A stretch of 64,000 nt of DNA from a virus. The notes under the pieces are model-generated. The model saw only the letters and a list, made by a program, of their open reading frames with translations. It had not been told where the DNA came from and did not search any database. The stretch is from positions 1 through 64,000 of the IMG/VR virus record IMGVR_UViG_3300021425_000014; one strand, 5' to 3'. The position numbers and the translations under genes were made by a program. Shown one piece after another: positions 49,800 to 60,563 of this stretch. Numbering within the stretch: position 1 is the stretch's first letter; every line of letters starts with the position of its first letter.

Positions 49800-50618
49800 A
49801 TGGCTTGCACACTCATTAAGCCGGAAGCCCCCAAGTATCGCACTCCCAAGCGCGATGAATACAAGTCTATGGCGTTCTTTCATGCTCTTATGGATGACGC
49901 CAAGCGGGCATTAGAGCGGGCCCCGATGCCCGAGATCGGGAAAAATGGCAACAGCAAGATCGGCGCGCGTGGCGTCAAGGCATACACTCTGGTATATTCC
50001 GGCGTGGCGTGGCACGATTGCACGCCTACGATCGGCTGTAATTCCTGCTATGCGATGGGCTTTAGATACATGCATGCCATCGCACACCGCAAGGGTAAAT
50101 CGTGGCTTTATTCCTACATGGCGCGGGAAGCGATCGAACCATTAGAATTTATCATCCGCCATGAGATCATGGAAGCGCTGATCAAGTCTAAGCGATTGGG
50201 CTTAACTCTGGCCGTCAGGATTCACGAAGCGGGCGATTTTATATCACCTGAACACGTCGCGATGTGGGATCGCATTGCAAAAGAATTTAAAACGGCTGTT
50301 TTTTGGTGCTACACTCGCTCAGATCTGGCAAGCGATGCCATGCGCGATGCCTTAGTATCTTTCGCGGAAAATGAAAATGTGCATTGTCGCGCATCATTTG
50401 ATCCTGTTAATGATGGGGAAGAAATCAAGCTTACCCGTAATGGTTTACCCGGCGCGATCATCGTTGGCACTAAGCATAAGGGCAAGCGCAAGGGCCCCGA
50501 ACACGTTAAGGGGGCTGTTAATTGCCCCGAACAGCTTACAAATGGTGAGATCGGCTGTTCCGATTGTGGGCTATGCTGGAATAAATCCAAGCCTGTGATC
50601 CGATTCTGGAAGCACTAG
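49800..50618 (+). CDS. GP88-family (radical-SAM-like) phage protein
   Basis: GNSKIG, C....GC..CYA, RIHEAGDF, FWCYTRS, CP.Q...C..CGLCW. Confidence 0.8.
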   Translation: MACTLIKPEAPKYRTPKRDEYKSMAFFHALMDDAKRALERAPMPEIGKNGNSKIGARGVKAYTLVYSGVAWHDCTPTIGCNSCYAMGFRYMHAIAHRKGKSWLYSYMAREAIEPLEFIIRHEIMEALIKSKRLGLTLAVRIHEAGDFISPEHVAMWDRIAKEFKTAVFWCYTRSDLASDAMRDALVSFAENENVHCRASFDPVNDGEEIKLTRNGLPGAIIVGTKHKGKRKGPEHVKGAVNCPEQLTNGEIGCSDCGLCWNKSKPVIRFWKH

Positions 50619-50934
50619 CTTGTATTGTATTGCCCCCCGCAAGGGGGGCTTTTTTCTGCGTGCCCATATATTGCATTGTATTGTATTGCCGTTCGCTCTC
50701 GCCTGAGATTGTATTGCATTGTATTGTATTGGCAGGCCCCCCGGCTTCGCCGGGCTCCGAGCCCCGATCGCGGCACAATACAATATCATACAGTATAAAT
50801 AAAATCCCCAATACAATACAATTACATACATCGTTACACCAGCCGCTGGCCCCAATACAATGCAATCTAACATAGGGCCAGATCTGAGCCAGATCGAGCG
50901 AAAAAAGAAAATCAAAAAAAGATCGTTTTGGGGC

Positions 50935-50963
50935 TTGCAATCGATCGCGCATTGCCCTATGAT
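50935..50963 (+). promoter_or_regulatory. Early promoter
   Basis: TTGCAA-17-TATGAT. Confidence 0.8.
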
Positions 50964-51023
50964 GGGTTTGTTAAGGCAACGGGGGGCACGGAAAACCCCC
51001 CCTGAATAAGGAGAGTGGCCGCC

Positions 51024-52013
51024 ATGGCACACGAAATGAAAAACAACGATCACATGGTTTCGGGTATGGGCATCAAGCCCTGGCACGGTCTGGGAACCGT
51101 CGTAGACGGGCTGTTGACGGCCCGCGAGACTCTGGAAGCCGCCAGGCTTGATTGGGAAGTTATCAAACACCCGATCACGCTGCAAGGTTCCGATCAAATC
51201 GTACCCGATTCGTTCGCAACCATCCGCACAGATGATCGCTCTGTGCTTGGCATCGTCGGCAATCAATACACGATTCTTCAGAATGTCGATGCTTTCAACT
51301 TTTTCGATAGCATCGCAGAACGCGGCGATGCGATCTATGAAACAGCGGGATCGCTGTTTGGTGGGCGTAAAATCTACGTCACCGCAAAAATCCCAGGCTT
51401 GATCCGCGTTGGTGATGCGGGCAACGAAGATGTAAGCGAAAAATACGTATTACTCACAAACAGCCATGACGGCACTGGGGCTGTTACAGTCAAGCTGATC
51501 ACAACCAGGGTGGTCTGCAACAACACGTTAACGGCAGCATTACGCGAAGGCGGGCGCGGTGTGTCGATCCGGCACTCCCAACTAATGCATGATAAATTGG
51601 CGCTTGCATCGAACATGCTAGGGATCGCTAATCAGCGCTTCCAGCAAATGGAAGAAACATTTAACCAGTTTGCCAACGTGCAACTAAAAGAAATCGAGGT
51701 ACGCGATTTCTTGCGGAAATGTTTTGAGCTTCCATCTGATGCAGATAAAGCAACCGATAAAGACAAACGCGCCATTGCCCAGGTAATGGAACTGCATGAG
51801 TCTGGCCGTGGCTCAGAGTTTACCCGTGGCACTCTCTGGGGGGCATTTAATGCCGTCACAGAGTGGACAAACCATTACCGCACATATAAAGAGCAGGCAA
51901 ACGGTAACACGCGGGCAGATAACAAGCTTGGATCTATCTTTTACGGTCAATCTGCTACACTCACCGATCGAGCGTATGACCTTGCGCGGGATCTTGTGTT
52001 AGCTAAGCGCTAA
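51024..52013 (+). CDS. DUF932-family phage/plasmid protein
   Basis: PWHGLG, LG.VG..Y..LQN, YETAGSL.GG, NSHDG, RVVCNNTL, GTLWGAFNAVTE. Confidence 0.9.
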   Translation: MAHEMKNNDHMVSGMGIKPWHGLGTVVDGLLTARETLEAARLDWEVIKHPITLQGSDQIVPDSFATIRTDDRSVLGIVGNQYTILQNVDAFNFFDSIAERGDAIYETAGSLFGGRKIYVTAKIPGLIRVGDAGNEDVSEKYVLLTNSHDGTGAVTVKLITTRVVCNNTLTAALREGGRGVSIRHSQLMHDKLALASNMLGIANQRFQQMEETFNQFANVQLKEIEVRDFLRKCFELPSDADKATDKDKRAIAQVMELHESGRGSEFTRGTLWGAFNAVTEWTNHYRTYKEQANGNTRADNKLGSIFYGQSATLTDRAYDLARDLVLAKR

Positions 52014-52288
52014 CGCGGGGCAATGGGGGCCCCAAATCGGGGCCCCTTACCCGACACGTGGTATACTTACCATACCAGTTATACGATCGGCCCTTATGGG
52101 GCTTGTGTGAGGGCTTATGCACCTTTTATTTTTACCGCTTGTTTTAGTTTTTTGTTTCGCCGTTTTACTTATTCAATTTATAGGCATGGCGATCATTCAC
52201 GGGATCTCTGGCCGTCGCAGATGGTATAGTTAATCTGTCGGAATCATCGGGGCCCCAAATCGGGGCCCCACACAGAAAGGATCATAAA

Positions 52289-52672
52289 ATGACAACTTCT
52301 CTAGACATGTTCAAGGTTCGCTGGGATAAGCAAGATACAGAATGGAACAGCAGCAACATAAACCCTATGGCTTGCCATGATTTCTTCGATAAATTCATTA
52401 ATGATGTGGAGTTTCAAACTAGCATTAACTTGAATAACAACATTCAAATTTACAAAGATTATTACGTAAGGGGCAAATATAACTTTGTAAAAGTATTTCA
52501 ATCGTTAATGCGGATCCTGAATACGTACCGCAAAAAAACGGGGGACACGACGATCACAACAATTGATGAAATTAAATTTATTGCCGATATGGTAGAAAAT
52601 AACATATGGAACAAACACCTAGTACCGTTAACCATTCAACGGGAATACATTAAGTCTATCTACTCCGAATAA
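52289..52672 (+). CDS. Hypothetical early protein (AT-rich)
   Basis: AAGGA RBS; flanked by ggggccccaaatcggggcccc hairpins. Confidence 0.65.
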   Translation: MTTSLDMFKVRWDKQDTEWNSSNINPMACHDFFDKFINDVEFQTSINLNNNIQIYKDYYVRGKYNFVKVFQSLMRILNTYRKKTGDTTITTIDEIKFIADMVENNIWNKHLVPLTIQREYIKSIYSE

Positions 52673-53711
52673 TCACAGAGCGCAGAGCAGAGAAACAAGC
52701 AAAGGGGCCCCCCAAAATCGGGGGCCCTTACTGCATGAATAATATATATATTATAGATAATACCATAAGCTTATAAGGTATAAAGAATAACACGAAGGTA
52801 CAAACACTCAAGGAAAGAAAATCAAGCCCCTTCTAGGGCATTCTAGGCCCCTCTATTGAGGCCCTTACCGATCCAGTTTTCAAGCCCCCATGAAAAACCC
52901 TGTATAAACCTTTTTATTTGTCTGCTAGGGGCCCTTGAATCAATACAAAATACCCCCTTTGGGGCATCCCCAGCCTAAAAATAGCACTATAAGCCCCTTT
53001 CGGGCAGATTCTTTAAAAAATCCAGCGCCGCATAAGAGGCTGTACCATATTAAATTGTATTGTTAAGCTCTATGTTTAGTTCTTTTACTCCTCTATATAT
53101 AGTATGATATTGTATTGATACTATATATATATTATAAGTTATTATATTGTATTGGGGTTATTAGGCCCCGTTTTGTGTTGTATTGTATTGTAGACTCAGT
53201 TCGACACCTTTAGTACTTTCGCACAGCCGAGTGGAATACAATTCAATACTCTACAATGCTTATTTTAGTTCAAAGATATATATATATTATATTGTATTGT
53301 ATGGGCCCCCGTTTTCTGTGGGGTAGTTTAGACTAAAAGTTTAGGCCAACTTTTCGGGGCCCCTTACTTTGTAGTTATTAAACATGTATATATATAATAA
53401 ATAAAAACTTCGAGCCCTATATATAGGATCCCCCACTTTCTTTTAACAGCTTTATATATATAATACAATACAATACATTAGGTGCCCCGCTTTTTCACCC
53501 AACCGCGAGCGCCCTGTATTGTATCGCATCACATTGTATTACATTGTATTGTATTGCCTTGTATTGTATTGTATGACATTGTATTGTATTGGTGATGGGT
53601 GGCGGTGTGTCCTCAATACAATATAATGCAATGCGAGAGCGAGGGGCCCCGGCAATACAATGCAATCTAATGCGAGCCTGATCTGGCCTGATCTGACACA
53701 AAAGATTTTTC

Positions 53712-53740
53712 TTGCAATCTTTCGCCAGATATGTTGTAAT
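53712..53740 (+). promoter_or_regulatory. Early promoter
   Basis: TTGCAA-17-TGTAAT; GATC at 53680 and 53690. Confidence 0.7.
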
Positions 53741-53787
53741 TAGATTGTCGCACAAACGAGATGCCCAAACGGGCGGGAGACAAGACC

Positions 53788-54219
53788 TTGCATACAGAAT
53801 TGACCAAAGACCAAATCGCTTTCTTGCGTAAGGCACGCCACATTTACTTCAGCGCACGTCGCAATGATGACGGTGTGTTTGTTGGCCACATCGAAGCAAT
53901 CCAAGAAGATAAGGATAACCATTCCGTGGCGCGGATGGAAATCACAACACGCGCCATGATTAGTGGTGGGAACCGTGCTAACTGTTCGATCGCAATCGCT
54001 GGATTCTGTGAAGTCTGGCAAACTGTGTTAGCTTTCATCAAGTCTGGCGATTCGCTTGGCCTACGCTTTGAGGCCAACGGATTCCGCCCGTTGGATGAAA
54101 AGTACAATGACGTTAATCTTGATGTCTTGTATGTCAGTGTAGAACGGAATAATAAATTCTATAAATTCTTACTGGATGTTCACTTGACCAAGGAGGGTCA
54201 TTACCGGATCATCCAGTAA
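53788..54219 (+). CDS. Hypothetical early protein
   Basis: TTG start after hairpin-GGGAG; terminator 54225-54247. Confidence 0.7.
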   Translation: MHTELTKDQIAFLRKARHIYFSARRNDDGVFVGHIEAIQEDKDNHSVARMEITTRAMISGGNRANCSIAIAGFCEVWQTVLAFIKSGDSLGLRFEANGFRPLDEKYNDVNLDVLYVSVERNNKFYKFLLDVHLTKEGHYRIIQ

Positions 54220-54489
54220 ACCACGGGGCCCCGCAAGGGGCCCTTTTAACTAAAGTTAATTATATTGTATTGTATTGCATTAGTTCTTTTAATTGTATTG
54301 TATTGGCGTACTGGCCTCCGAGAAATCGGGGGCCTTTACGTTTCAATACAATTCAATACTATATATTAAAAACATTGTATTGTATTGTATGTGTAATTGG
54401 TTGGCCCCGAAATCGCGGCCCTCAACCTACCAATACAATACTATAATATATATACCAAATATTAAATAAAAATAGTTTCAAAAAAGGGC

Positions 54490-54518
54490 TTGCAATGATT
54501 CTCAGGATATGCTTTAAT
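54490..54518 (+). promoter_or_regulatory. Early promoter
   Basis: TTGCAA-17-TTTAAT. Confidence 0.65.
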
Positions 54519-54569
54519 GGTATTGTCAGGTTATGGCCCCACCTTTGAGCGGGCCCGGAGATCGGAACC

Positions 54570-54761
54570 TTGCCTAACACAAAACTTATCAGCAAGCACG
54601 GAACCAAAGATCGCGTTTTCTGCCCCCGGTGTTTGAGAGAGTTGCAGAGTGATATCAAAAGCGATATAAGTTTTTGGTTTCATTGGGCAGATAATTATCA
54701 CGCGGCTGGACACCAAACGGAAGAGCCATGCCAGCGGTATGCAGATACTTGCGGAGATTAA
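54570..54761 (+). CDS. Small Cys-containing early protein
   Basis: CPRC...C...C; terminator 54766-54789. Confidence 0.55.
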   Translation: MPNTKLISKHGTKDRVFCPRCLRELQSDIKSDISFWFHWADNYHAAGHQTEEPCQRYADTCGD

Positions 54762-55000
54762 GCCCTGCCCCCTTCGGGGGGCTTTTTTATTATGCCTATA
54801 TATATTGGATTGTATTGTATTGGCGATCGCCATCCGCCAAATCGCGAACACTCACTCTTTGAATACAATATAATATATTAATCTTATTGCATTGTATTGT
54901 ATTAAGGCACCCCGATTCGCGGGCCCTTAAAACTTACCAATACAATACACTATAATAATAAAACCAAAGATCTGGCTCAGATCAACATGACCTTGATCAC

Positions 55001-55029
55001 TTGCGCCATGCCCCCCATCGTGCTACACT
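55001..55029 (+). promoter_or_regulatory. Early promoter
   Basis: TTGCGC-17-TACACT with extended -10 TG. Confidence 0.65.
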
Positions 55030-55079
55030 AAGGTTGTTCGGTTAAGCGATGGCGCTGGACGCGCCGGGAGGTAAACGCA

Positions 55080-55271
55080 ATGGGTGATTTAAACTGGCCT
55101 TTCTGGCACACGCAAGAAGAGTGTGACGAGATGAACAAAACGCTTGTGGATGATATGAAAAACAACATGAGCAAGATTCTGTGGAACAACGATCATGATA
55201 CAGTTCAAGAAATTCTTTCGAGATGGGAAGAAAACACAGGCATCGATCTTCGCCTTGAGCGCGATTGGTAA
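55080..55271 (+). CDS. Hypothetical early protein
   Basis: Leader hairpin-GGGAGG. Confidence 0.7.
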   Translation: MGDLNWPFWHTQEECDEMNKTLVDDMKNNMSKILWNNDHDTVQEILSRWEENTGIDLRLERDW

Positions 55272-55286
55272 AAAGGGAGGTAAGCA

Positions 55287-55571
55287 ATGCAGACCACGCA
55301 AGTTTATAACAACGTCATCGAGGCTGTTGTGTGCAACAGCATGGCGTATGACTTTCAATTACCCATCGGCAAGTTCGATGGCGAAAGTTTACTCAAAAAG
55401 ATCTGGTTCAAGATTCAAAAGAAAGGGAATAGTAAAAGCCCTGACATCCAAATGCAGCGCGCCATGTGGCTAAGCCCTTGCAGGTTCGATGGAAGCGCTT
55501 TAAGGTCAATGGATATGAAAGGGCAATGGTGGGACACAGGCATGGAGCTTGTAGCCAAGCGAGACATTTAA
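55287..55571 (+). CDS. Hypothetical early protein
   Basis: GGGAGG RBS; terminator ~55584-55604. Confidence 0.65.
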   Translation: MQTTQVYNNVIEAVVCNSMAYDFQLPIGKFDGESLLKKIWFKIQKKGNSKSPDIQMQRAMWLSPCRFDGSALRSMDMKGQWWDTGMELVAKRDI

Positions 55572-55795
55572 TAGTATTGTATTGCCCCCCGAGAGGGGGG
55601 CTTTCTCGTATGCCCCTGTGTATTGTATTGTATGGGCGGATACCCCTGCTTAATCAAAATTCAAAAAAACGCGCCGCCGCATATTCGATACAATTCAATT
55701 CAATGCGATGAATGTATGGTATTGTATTGTATAAAAACGCGGGCACTCACTCTTTGCCAATACAATACAAACAGATCTGACTCTGATCTAAACAC

Positions 55796-55824
55796 TTGCG
55801 TCATTAATATATATCTGCTAGAAT
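55796..55824 (+). promoter_or_regulatory. Early promoter
   Basis: TTGCGT-17-TAGAAT. Confidence 0.7.
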
Positions 55825-55860
55825 TAAAGAGTAAAGGCAAGGGCTCAAGCGAGCCGGAAA

Positions 55861-56100
55861 GTGAAGGTTATGATCCCTTTTGCTGAGATTGAATTGTGGG
55901 ATGACTACGGCCACAAGAAGTGGATTGAATATGACAATATTGATGATGTCATATGGGGCCATAAATGGGATGACTCGGACGATCATGAGTGTGAGAGATC
56001 GGGTAACGTAGAAATCCACAAGCTGGGGCCCAAGGATCATTATTATTGTATTATCATGGTTAAGAAATACGGGATGCCCAAACTCGAACTCCAACTCTAA
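55861..56100 (+). CDS. Hypothetical early protein (acidic)
   Basis: Cassette context. Confidence 0.6.
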   Translation: MKVMIPFAEIELWDDYGHKKWIEYDNIDDVIWGHKWDDSDDHECERSGNVEIHKLGPKDHYYCIIMVKKYGMPKLELQL

Positions 56101-56337
56101 CTTAACAGCTTTATATTGTATTGCCCCTCTGGCTCTGGCTGGCGGGGCACTTTTGCGCTCAGGCCCGCCTCGCTGTATTGCATTGTATTGTATGCCCCCG
56201 TCGTATTGCATTGTATTGTATTGGTGGCCATCGACCCACGGCAATACAATTCAATTCAATGTAAAGGTTGTATGGTATTGTATTGTATTGGTCGGATCCG
56301 GGGCCCGATCTGGCCTGAAAAATGTTTTCAAAAACTA

Positions 56338-56367
56338 TTGACTTGGCCATGGACGGCATGTTACTCT
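56338..56367 (+). promoter_or_regulatory. Early promoter
   Basis: TTGACT-18-TACTCT. Confidence 0.6.
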
Positions 56368-56413
56368 TGAGGAGTCAACACAAGCGATGGCGCTGACGCG
56401 CCGGGAGGCTCAA

Positions 56414-56782
56414 ATGCTCAAGAACATGATCGCCACGGATGCCCTGGGTGGGTTGCAGGTCAAGGTGTACCGCAACCTTCACAAGAAGTGCCTCAGCGTG
56501 TGGCATGCGGGCTATGTCGTGGCCCATGTTGACTCCATCACGCTGGATGGCGTGCTTTTCAAGGTGAACGAAGCTGGACGCCAACGCGTGTTGCGTGAGA
56601 AGAAAAAGAACGTCCACGCTTTCGTGACGGGCACAGTCACAGGCGTTAACGCGCCCCCACGGGGGGCTGTTCCCGTGTCCTACAACCCTTATAAGGGGGC
56701 TTCTTTCACCCTGCCTGATGGCCAGGCCATTATGGCGGCCGGAACGGTCACGGTGACGACCAGGGGGGCCTTCGTAGACTGA
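56414..56782 (+). CDS. Conserved phage early protein (VYRNLHK...GRQRVLREKKKNVHAFV family)
   Basis: Motif recognisable as a widespread phage hypothetical family; GC-rich. Confidence 0.75.
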   Translation: MLKNMIATDALGGLQVKVYRNLHKKCLSVWHAGYVVAHVDSITLDGVLFKVNEAGRQRVLREKKKNVHAFVTGTVTGVNAPPRGAVPVSYNPYKGASFTLPDGQAIMAAGTVTVTTRGAFVD

Positions 56783-56940
56783 GGGCCCCGGCTCTCTTTC
56801 CCCATAGGGATCAATACAATGCAATGCAGTCCAATACAATGCAATTCAATGCAACGGTTATATTGTATTGTATTGTATGGCCCCCATCCGGGGGGGCTGA
56901 TCTGGGGCTGATCTGGGCTGAAAAATCTTTTTTGAAATCG

Positions 56941-56969
56941 TTGACATCTCGCTTGAAACTTGCTACTAT
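56941..56969 (+). promoter_or_regulatory. Early promoter
   Basis: TTGACA-17-TACTAT. Confidence 0.8.
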
Positions 56970-57010
56970 TAAAGAGTAGTCGTTATGGCGCTGAGCGCCG
57001 GGAGGTCAAA

Positions 57011-57244
57011 GTGAAGGGCATCGACATCATTCGGGAATCGGACAACGGCGGAGAAATCATCGGATTTCGCATCAGCGCCAAGCACGGCGGATTCGGGTTT
57101 GACGTACCGCTTGTAGACTTAGTCAACGCTGAGGTGTTCACGGAAGAGAAGCGCGAGGCGCTGCTCAAGCGATACCAGGCCTACTTGGCCGATATCGTCA
57201 AAACCTGGGAGCAGCCGGGCACGGCTAATCGCTGGGATGTTTAG
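57011..57244 (+). CDS. Hypothetical early protein (DLVN family)
   Basis: GTG start after hairpin-GGGAGG; terminator 57250-57274. Confidence 0.7.
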   Translation: MKGIDIIRESDNGGEIIGFRISAKHGGFGFDVPLVDLVNAEVFTEEKREALLKRYQAYLADIVKTWEQPGTANRWDV

Positions 57245-57400
57245 CCCAGGGCCCCCCGAAAGGGGGGCTTTTTTCGTGTGGCTTATCAATACAATACAAT
57301 TCAATACAACGCGGGGGGAATATATTGCATTGTATTGTATGGGCGGGATCGCCGTGCGCCATTCGGCCTCATCGGGCCAGCAATGCGGTGCGCAACGCAG

Positions 57401-57505
57401 CATCGCATTTAAGGGCCCTGTGAGGGCCATGAAGGGGCTTATAGGTATCCGGGAGGGTGATTGTACCCTGAACGCCATCAGGGGCCTTTACGGGCCTTGT
57501 GGTGG
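57401..57505 (+). other. Phased element A, core AGGGTGATTGTACCCT (57454)
   Basis: Near-ungapped similarity to elements B-D. Confidence 0.75.
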
Positions 57506-57530
57506 CTTGATCTGGAATAAAAAGTTTTTC

Positions 57531-57559
57531 TTGACATCCAATGATGGGGTTGATATGAT
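57531..57559 (+). promoter_or_regulatory. Early promoter
   Basis: TTGACA-17-TATGAT. Confidence 0.85.
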
Positions 57560-57606
57560 GAAAGAGTCAGGCAAACGAGATGGCGCTGACGCGCCGGGAG
57601 GTCGAA

Positions 57607-57768
57607 ATGATGGTAAGCTTTCAGGAAGAAGAAAAGGGATTCTTGGTAGCGGTGACTGAAGACGATTTCGTCTTCATTCCCGTTCAGAACGGGAACCGCG
57701 TAGCCGCCTTCGAAGAGGCGATCGAGCAGCTTAACGAATGGTTCTATGCATCACTTAAATACAAGTGA
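57607..57768 (+). CDS. Small acidic early protein
   Basis: Hairpin-GGGAGG; terminator 57774-57796. Confidence 0.65.
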   Translation: MMVSFQEEEKGFLVAVTEDDFVFIPVQNGNRVAAFEEAIEQLNEWFYASLKYK

Positions 57769-57968
57769 TGCGAGGCCCCCGAAAGGGGGCTTTTTTCGTG
57801 CCAATCATCAATACAATACAATTCTATACAATCACTGCATCGCATTGTATTGTATGGGGAAGAATCGGGGGGCCATACCTACTTCCCTTTGAATCACCAA
57901 TACAATACAGTTTAATATATGACCTGATCTGGCCTCAAAATATTTTTAAAATAGTTTCTGAAAAGGGG

Positions 57969-57997
57969 TTTACATTCCCAGGTGAAACGGGTATGAT
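57969..57997 (+). promoter_or_regulatory. Early promoter
   Basis: TTTACA-17-TATGAT. Confidence 0.75.
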
Positions 57998-58047
57998 ATT
58001 AATGTAAGGGTTAAGCGACACCCCTGAGTCGCGGAGAACAGACCACC

Positions 58048-58284
58048 ATGGCTATCTTCAATGTTGTAATGGTTAAGGATCCGATGATGGCCCCCGTGCT
58101 CGTTGAGCAGCACAAAGTCGAGAGCCTGAAAGAGGCTCGTAAGATCCTCAGCCAGTGGGCTGAAGATGGGGACAAAATAGTAGCCCTCAAGAAGGCGCCG
58201 CTTCCCTCAGGGCGCCACGTGACGCCACTGGTTATACAGACGATGGAAGAGGATTCCGATATCTTCGGACAATACATAGATTAA
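58048..58284 (+). CDS. Hypothetical early protein
   Basis: Hairpin-GGAG; terminator 58290-58315. Confidence 0.7.
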   Translation: MAIFNVVMVKDPMMAPVLVEQHKVESLKEARKILSQWAEDGDKIVALKKAPLPSGRHVTPLVIQTMEEDSDIFGQYID

Positions 58285-58518
58285 GCGAGGGGCCCCGCGA
58301 GGGGCCCTTTTTTTTATGCCCCTGTGTATATTGCATTGTATTGCCAGGGCGATCGCCCATCGGGACTTATCAATACAATTCAATGCAACCAATGTATTGC
58401 ATTGTATTGGACGGGGGCCCCGGCGAGCTTGCGCCAAATCGCGCGCCCTTACTCTTTGCAATACAATACAATCTAATTCATACCTGATCTGACCTTGATC
58501 TGACACAAGTTGATTTAT

Positions 58519-58547
58519 TTGACATCCTTCCCGATAGTTGTTATTAT
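58519..58547 (+). promoter_or_regulatory. Early promoter
   Basis: TTGACA-17-TATTAT. Confidence 0.85.
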
Positions 58548-58611
58548 AAAAGAGTCAAGGCAAGCGGGCCCGACGCCCGCCAGATGAACCCCAGGGGTTC
58601 GGGAGGTAAAC

Positions 58612-58833
58612 ATGACCATCACCATTGCCGTTGTTATCGCTGTGCTTACATTTGCGCTGGGCATGTCGCTCGGCGTGAGCCTTCAGCAATCATACGGTAA
58701 TCGTACCGAAAGAATTTTATATGAGGCGTACCGCCAGGCGCGGGATGAGGCCCTTCACCTTGAAAGGAAAATCGCCACGGGCGAAAGTTTTAGGAGAAAC
58801 GTCATCCGCTCAATAAAGAAAATCTCAGACTAA
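58612..58833 (+). CDS. Small membrane-anchored early protein
   Basis: N-terminal TM; terminator 58838-58864. Confidence 0.7.
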   Translation: MTITIAVVIAVLTFALGMSLGVSLQQSYGNRTERILYEAYRQARDEALHLERKIATGESFRRNVIRSIKKISD

Positions 58834-58934
58834 CACAGGGCCCCCGAAAGGGGGCTCTTTTTTTATGCCTGTTAATATATTGCATTGCATTGTATTGTTA
58901 GCCCCCCTTTTCTTCGTGCGTTCGAAACATCCGA

Positions 58935-59055
58935 TAAGCCCCACAGCGTAGCACCCTTTTAAAGCGTGCTGTGAGCCCGTTAAACGCGTTTCAGGGGGGT
59001 GGGTAGGGTGATTGTACCTTAGAACAATTTAAACGCCTTTAAAGCCCGTATGTTT
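58935..59055 (+). other. Phased element B, core AGGGTGATTGTACCTT (59005)
   Basis: As element A. Confidence 0.7.
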
Positions 59056-59221
59056 AATCAATGCGATCGCCCATAGAAGATCAATACAATTCAATTCAAT
59101 GCAGCCGTGGTATCGCATTGTATTGTATGGACACAGGGCAGGGGCAAAAGCGGGGCCCGTCACTTTTTGCAATACAATATAATTATATATAAAAGGGTTG
59201 ATCTGGGTTGATCTGGTTTAG

Positions 59222-59250
59222 TTGACATCATAAGCCTGGTTTGATATGAT
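59222..59250 (+). promoter_or_regulatory. Early promoter
   Basis: TTGACA-17-TATGAT. Confidence 0.85.
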
Positions 59251-59290
59251 TAAAGAGTAAAGGTTATGGCCTGATGGCCGGGAGGTTCTA

Positions 59291-59545
59291 ATGCGCGAGT
59301 ACGTGGGCAATGTCGAGGATCTGTGGGAAAACCCTTTCGATGGCTATTGCCGTGCGCTTGACCGTTATGACCGCTTTGCGGTCTATGAACGGGACACGGA
59401 CGGGTATGGATTCCCGATCTATCATTGCTGGTCAAGCAAGGAGCAGGAAACCATATGGTTCACAAGAGAGGACGCCGCCATGCGCTGGTGTCAAAACATG
59501 ATGGTTGCCCTACGACTTGAGGGGCATTATATCTGGATGGTTTAA
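59291..59545 (+). CDS. Hypothetical early protein
   Basis: Hairpin-GGGAGG; terminator 59548-59575. Confidence 0.7.
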   Translation: MREYVGNVEDLWENPFDGYCRALDRYDRFAVYERDTDGYGFPIYHCWSSKEQETIWFTREDAAMRWCQNMMVALRLEGHYIWMV

Positions 59546-59683
59546 CAGGGGGCCCCGCAAGGGGCCTCTTTTTTTATTGCCATAAGTCCATACAATACAA
59601 TTCAATAACTTGATTAGATTGCATTGCATTGTATTGCCCCGATACCGGGCTGATCTGGTCTGATTTGACAAGAAAAGTTTTTC

Positions 59684-59712
59684 TTGACATCCCGCTTGCG
59701 ATTTGCTATTAT
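59684..59712 (+). promoter_or_regulatory. Early promoter
   Basis: TTGACA-17-TATTAT. Confidence 0.85.
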
Positions 59713-59760
59713 TAAATTAGTCAAGCAAACGAGATGGCGCTGAGCGCCGGGAGGTTGAAA

Positions 59761-60084
59761 ATGGCAAAGCAACTTTGGTACGACATCAACAAGTTTCACG
59801 AAGGAAAGAATGTAGCCGATTGCCTTATCGGCACTGCAAGCCGCGAGGATCTGCACCATTATTTCTTGGTGCTGAATCGCTACAATGACACCAAAACGGG
59901 ATACCTCCCTGGGGCATATCTTGAAAACCCAGAAAAAGATTATGTACTTGTGTCGGGAACGGAAACTACTGAAGAAATCGAAAGTTTCATGAAAAAAATT
60001 GTCCAGTGGTCACTGGAGGATAAGGATTTTTCGGAAGAATTCAACGAAAGAACAAGACAGCTTGAAAAGGAATTCCAAGCTTAA
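59761..60084 (+). CDS. Hypothetical early protein
   Basis: Hairpin-GGGAGG; terminator 60090-60112. Confidence 0.7.
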   Translation: MAKQLWYDINKFHEGKNVADCLIGTASREDLHHYFLVLNRYNDTKTGYLPGAYLENPEKDYVLVSGTETTEEIESFMKKIVQWSLEDKDFSEEFNERTRQLEKEFQA

Positions 60085-60268
60085 AGCCAAGCCCCCGCAA
60101 GGGGGCTTTTTTCTTGGCTTACCTTCCATACAATACAATGCAATTTAATGATTGTATGGGATTGTATTGTATTGATTAGTGGCAGGGCGCTAAAGGGCGA
60201 TCGCCCATCGCGGCACAGCAATACAATGCAATGAGATACATCACCTGATCTGGCTTGATCTTAAAATG

Positions 60269-60297
60269 TTGACATCAGGTGTGCCAGATGTTATTAT
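60269..60297 (+). promoter_or_regulatory. Early promoter
   Basis: TTGACA-17-TATTAT. Confidence 0.85.
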
Positions 60298-60356
60298 TAA
60301 ATAGTCAAGGCGACGGGGCGCTGCCCCAAGATGGCCCCAGTGGCCGGGAGGTTCTA

Positions 60357-60563
60357 ATGTTGGTTGACGCGATCAAGCTCAAGGGCAAAGGTTCTGACGC
60401 GGCTGATCCCGCTTATGGGATCGCTTTCACCGATAAGGATGGGGTCATCCTCGACATCACCGTCGAGGATCTGGTGAACGCTGCGGCGTTGCACAACCCA
60501 TACCTTGACAAGGTGTCGTACCAAAAACATATCGAGCGTTGCATCGAAAGGATTTTCGAATAA
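60357..60563 (+). CDS. Hypothetical early protein (DLVN family)
   Basis: Hairpin-GGGAGG; terminator 60569-60591. Confidence 0.7.
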   Translation: MLVDAIKLKGKGSDAADPAYGIAFTDKDGVILDITVEDLVNAAALHNPYLDKVSYQKHIERCIERIFE

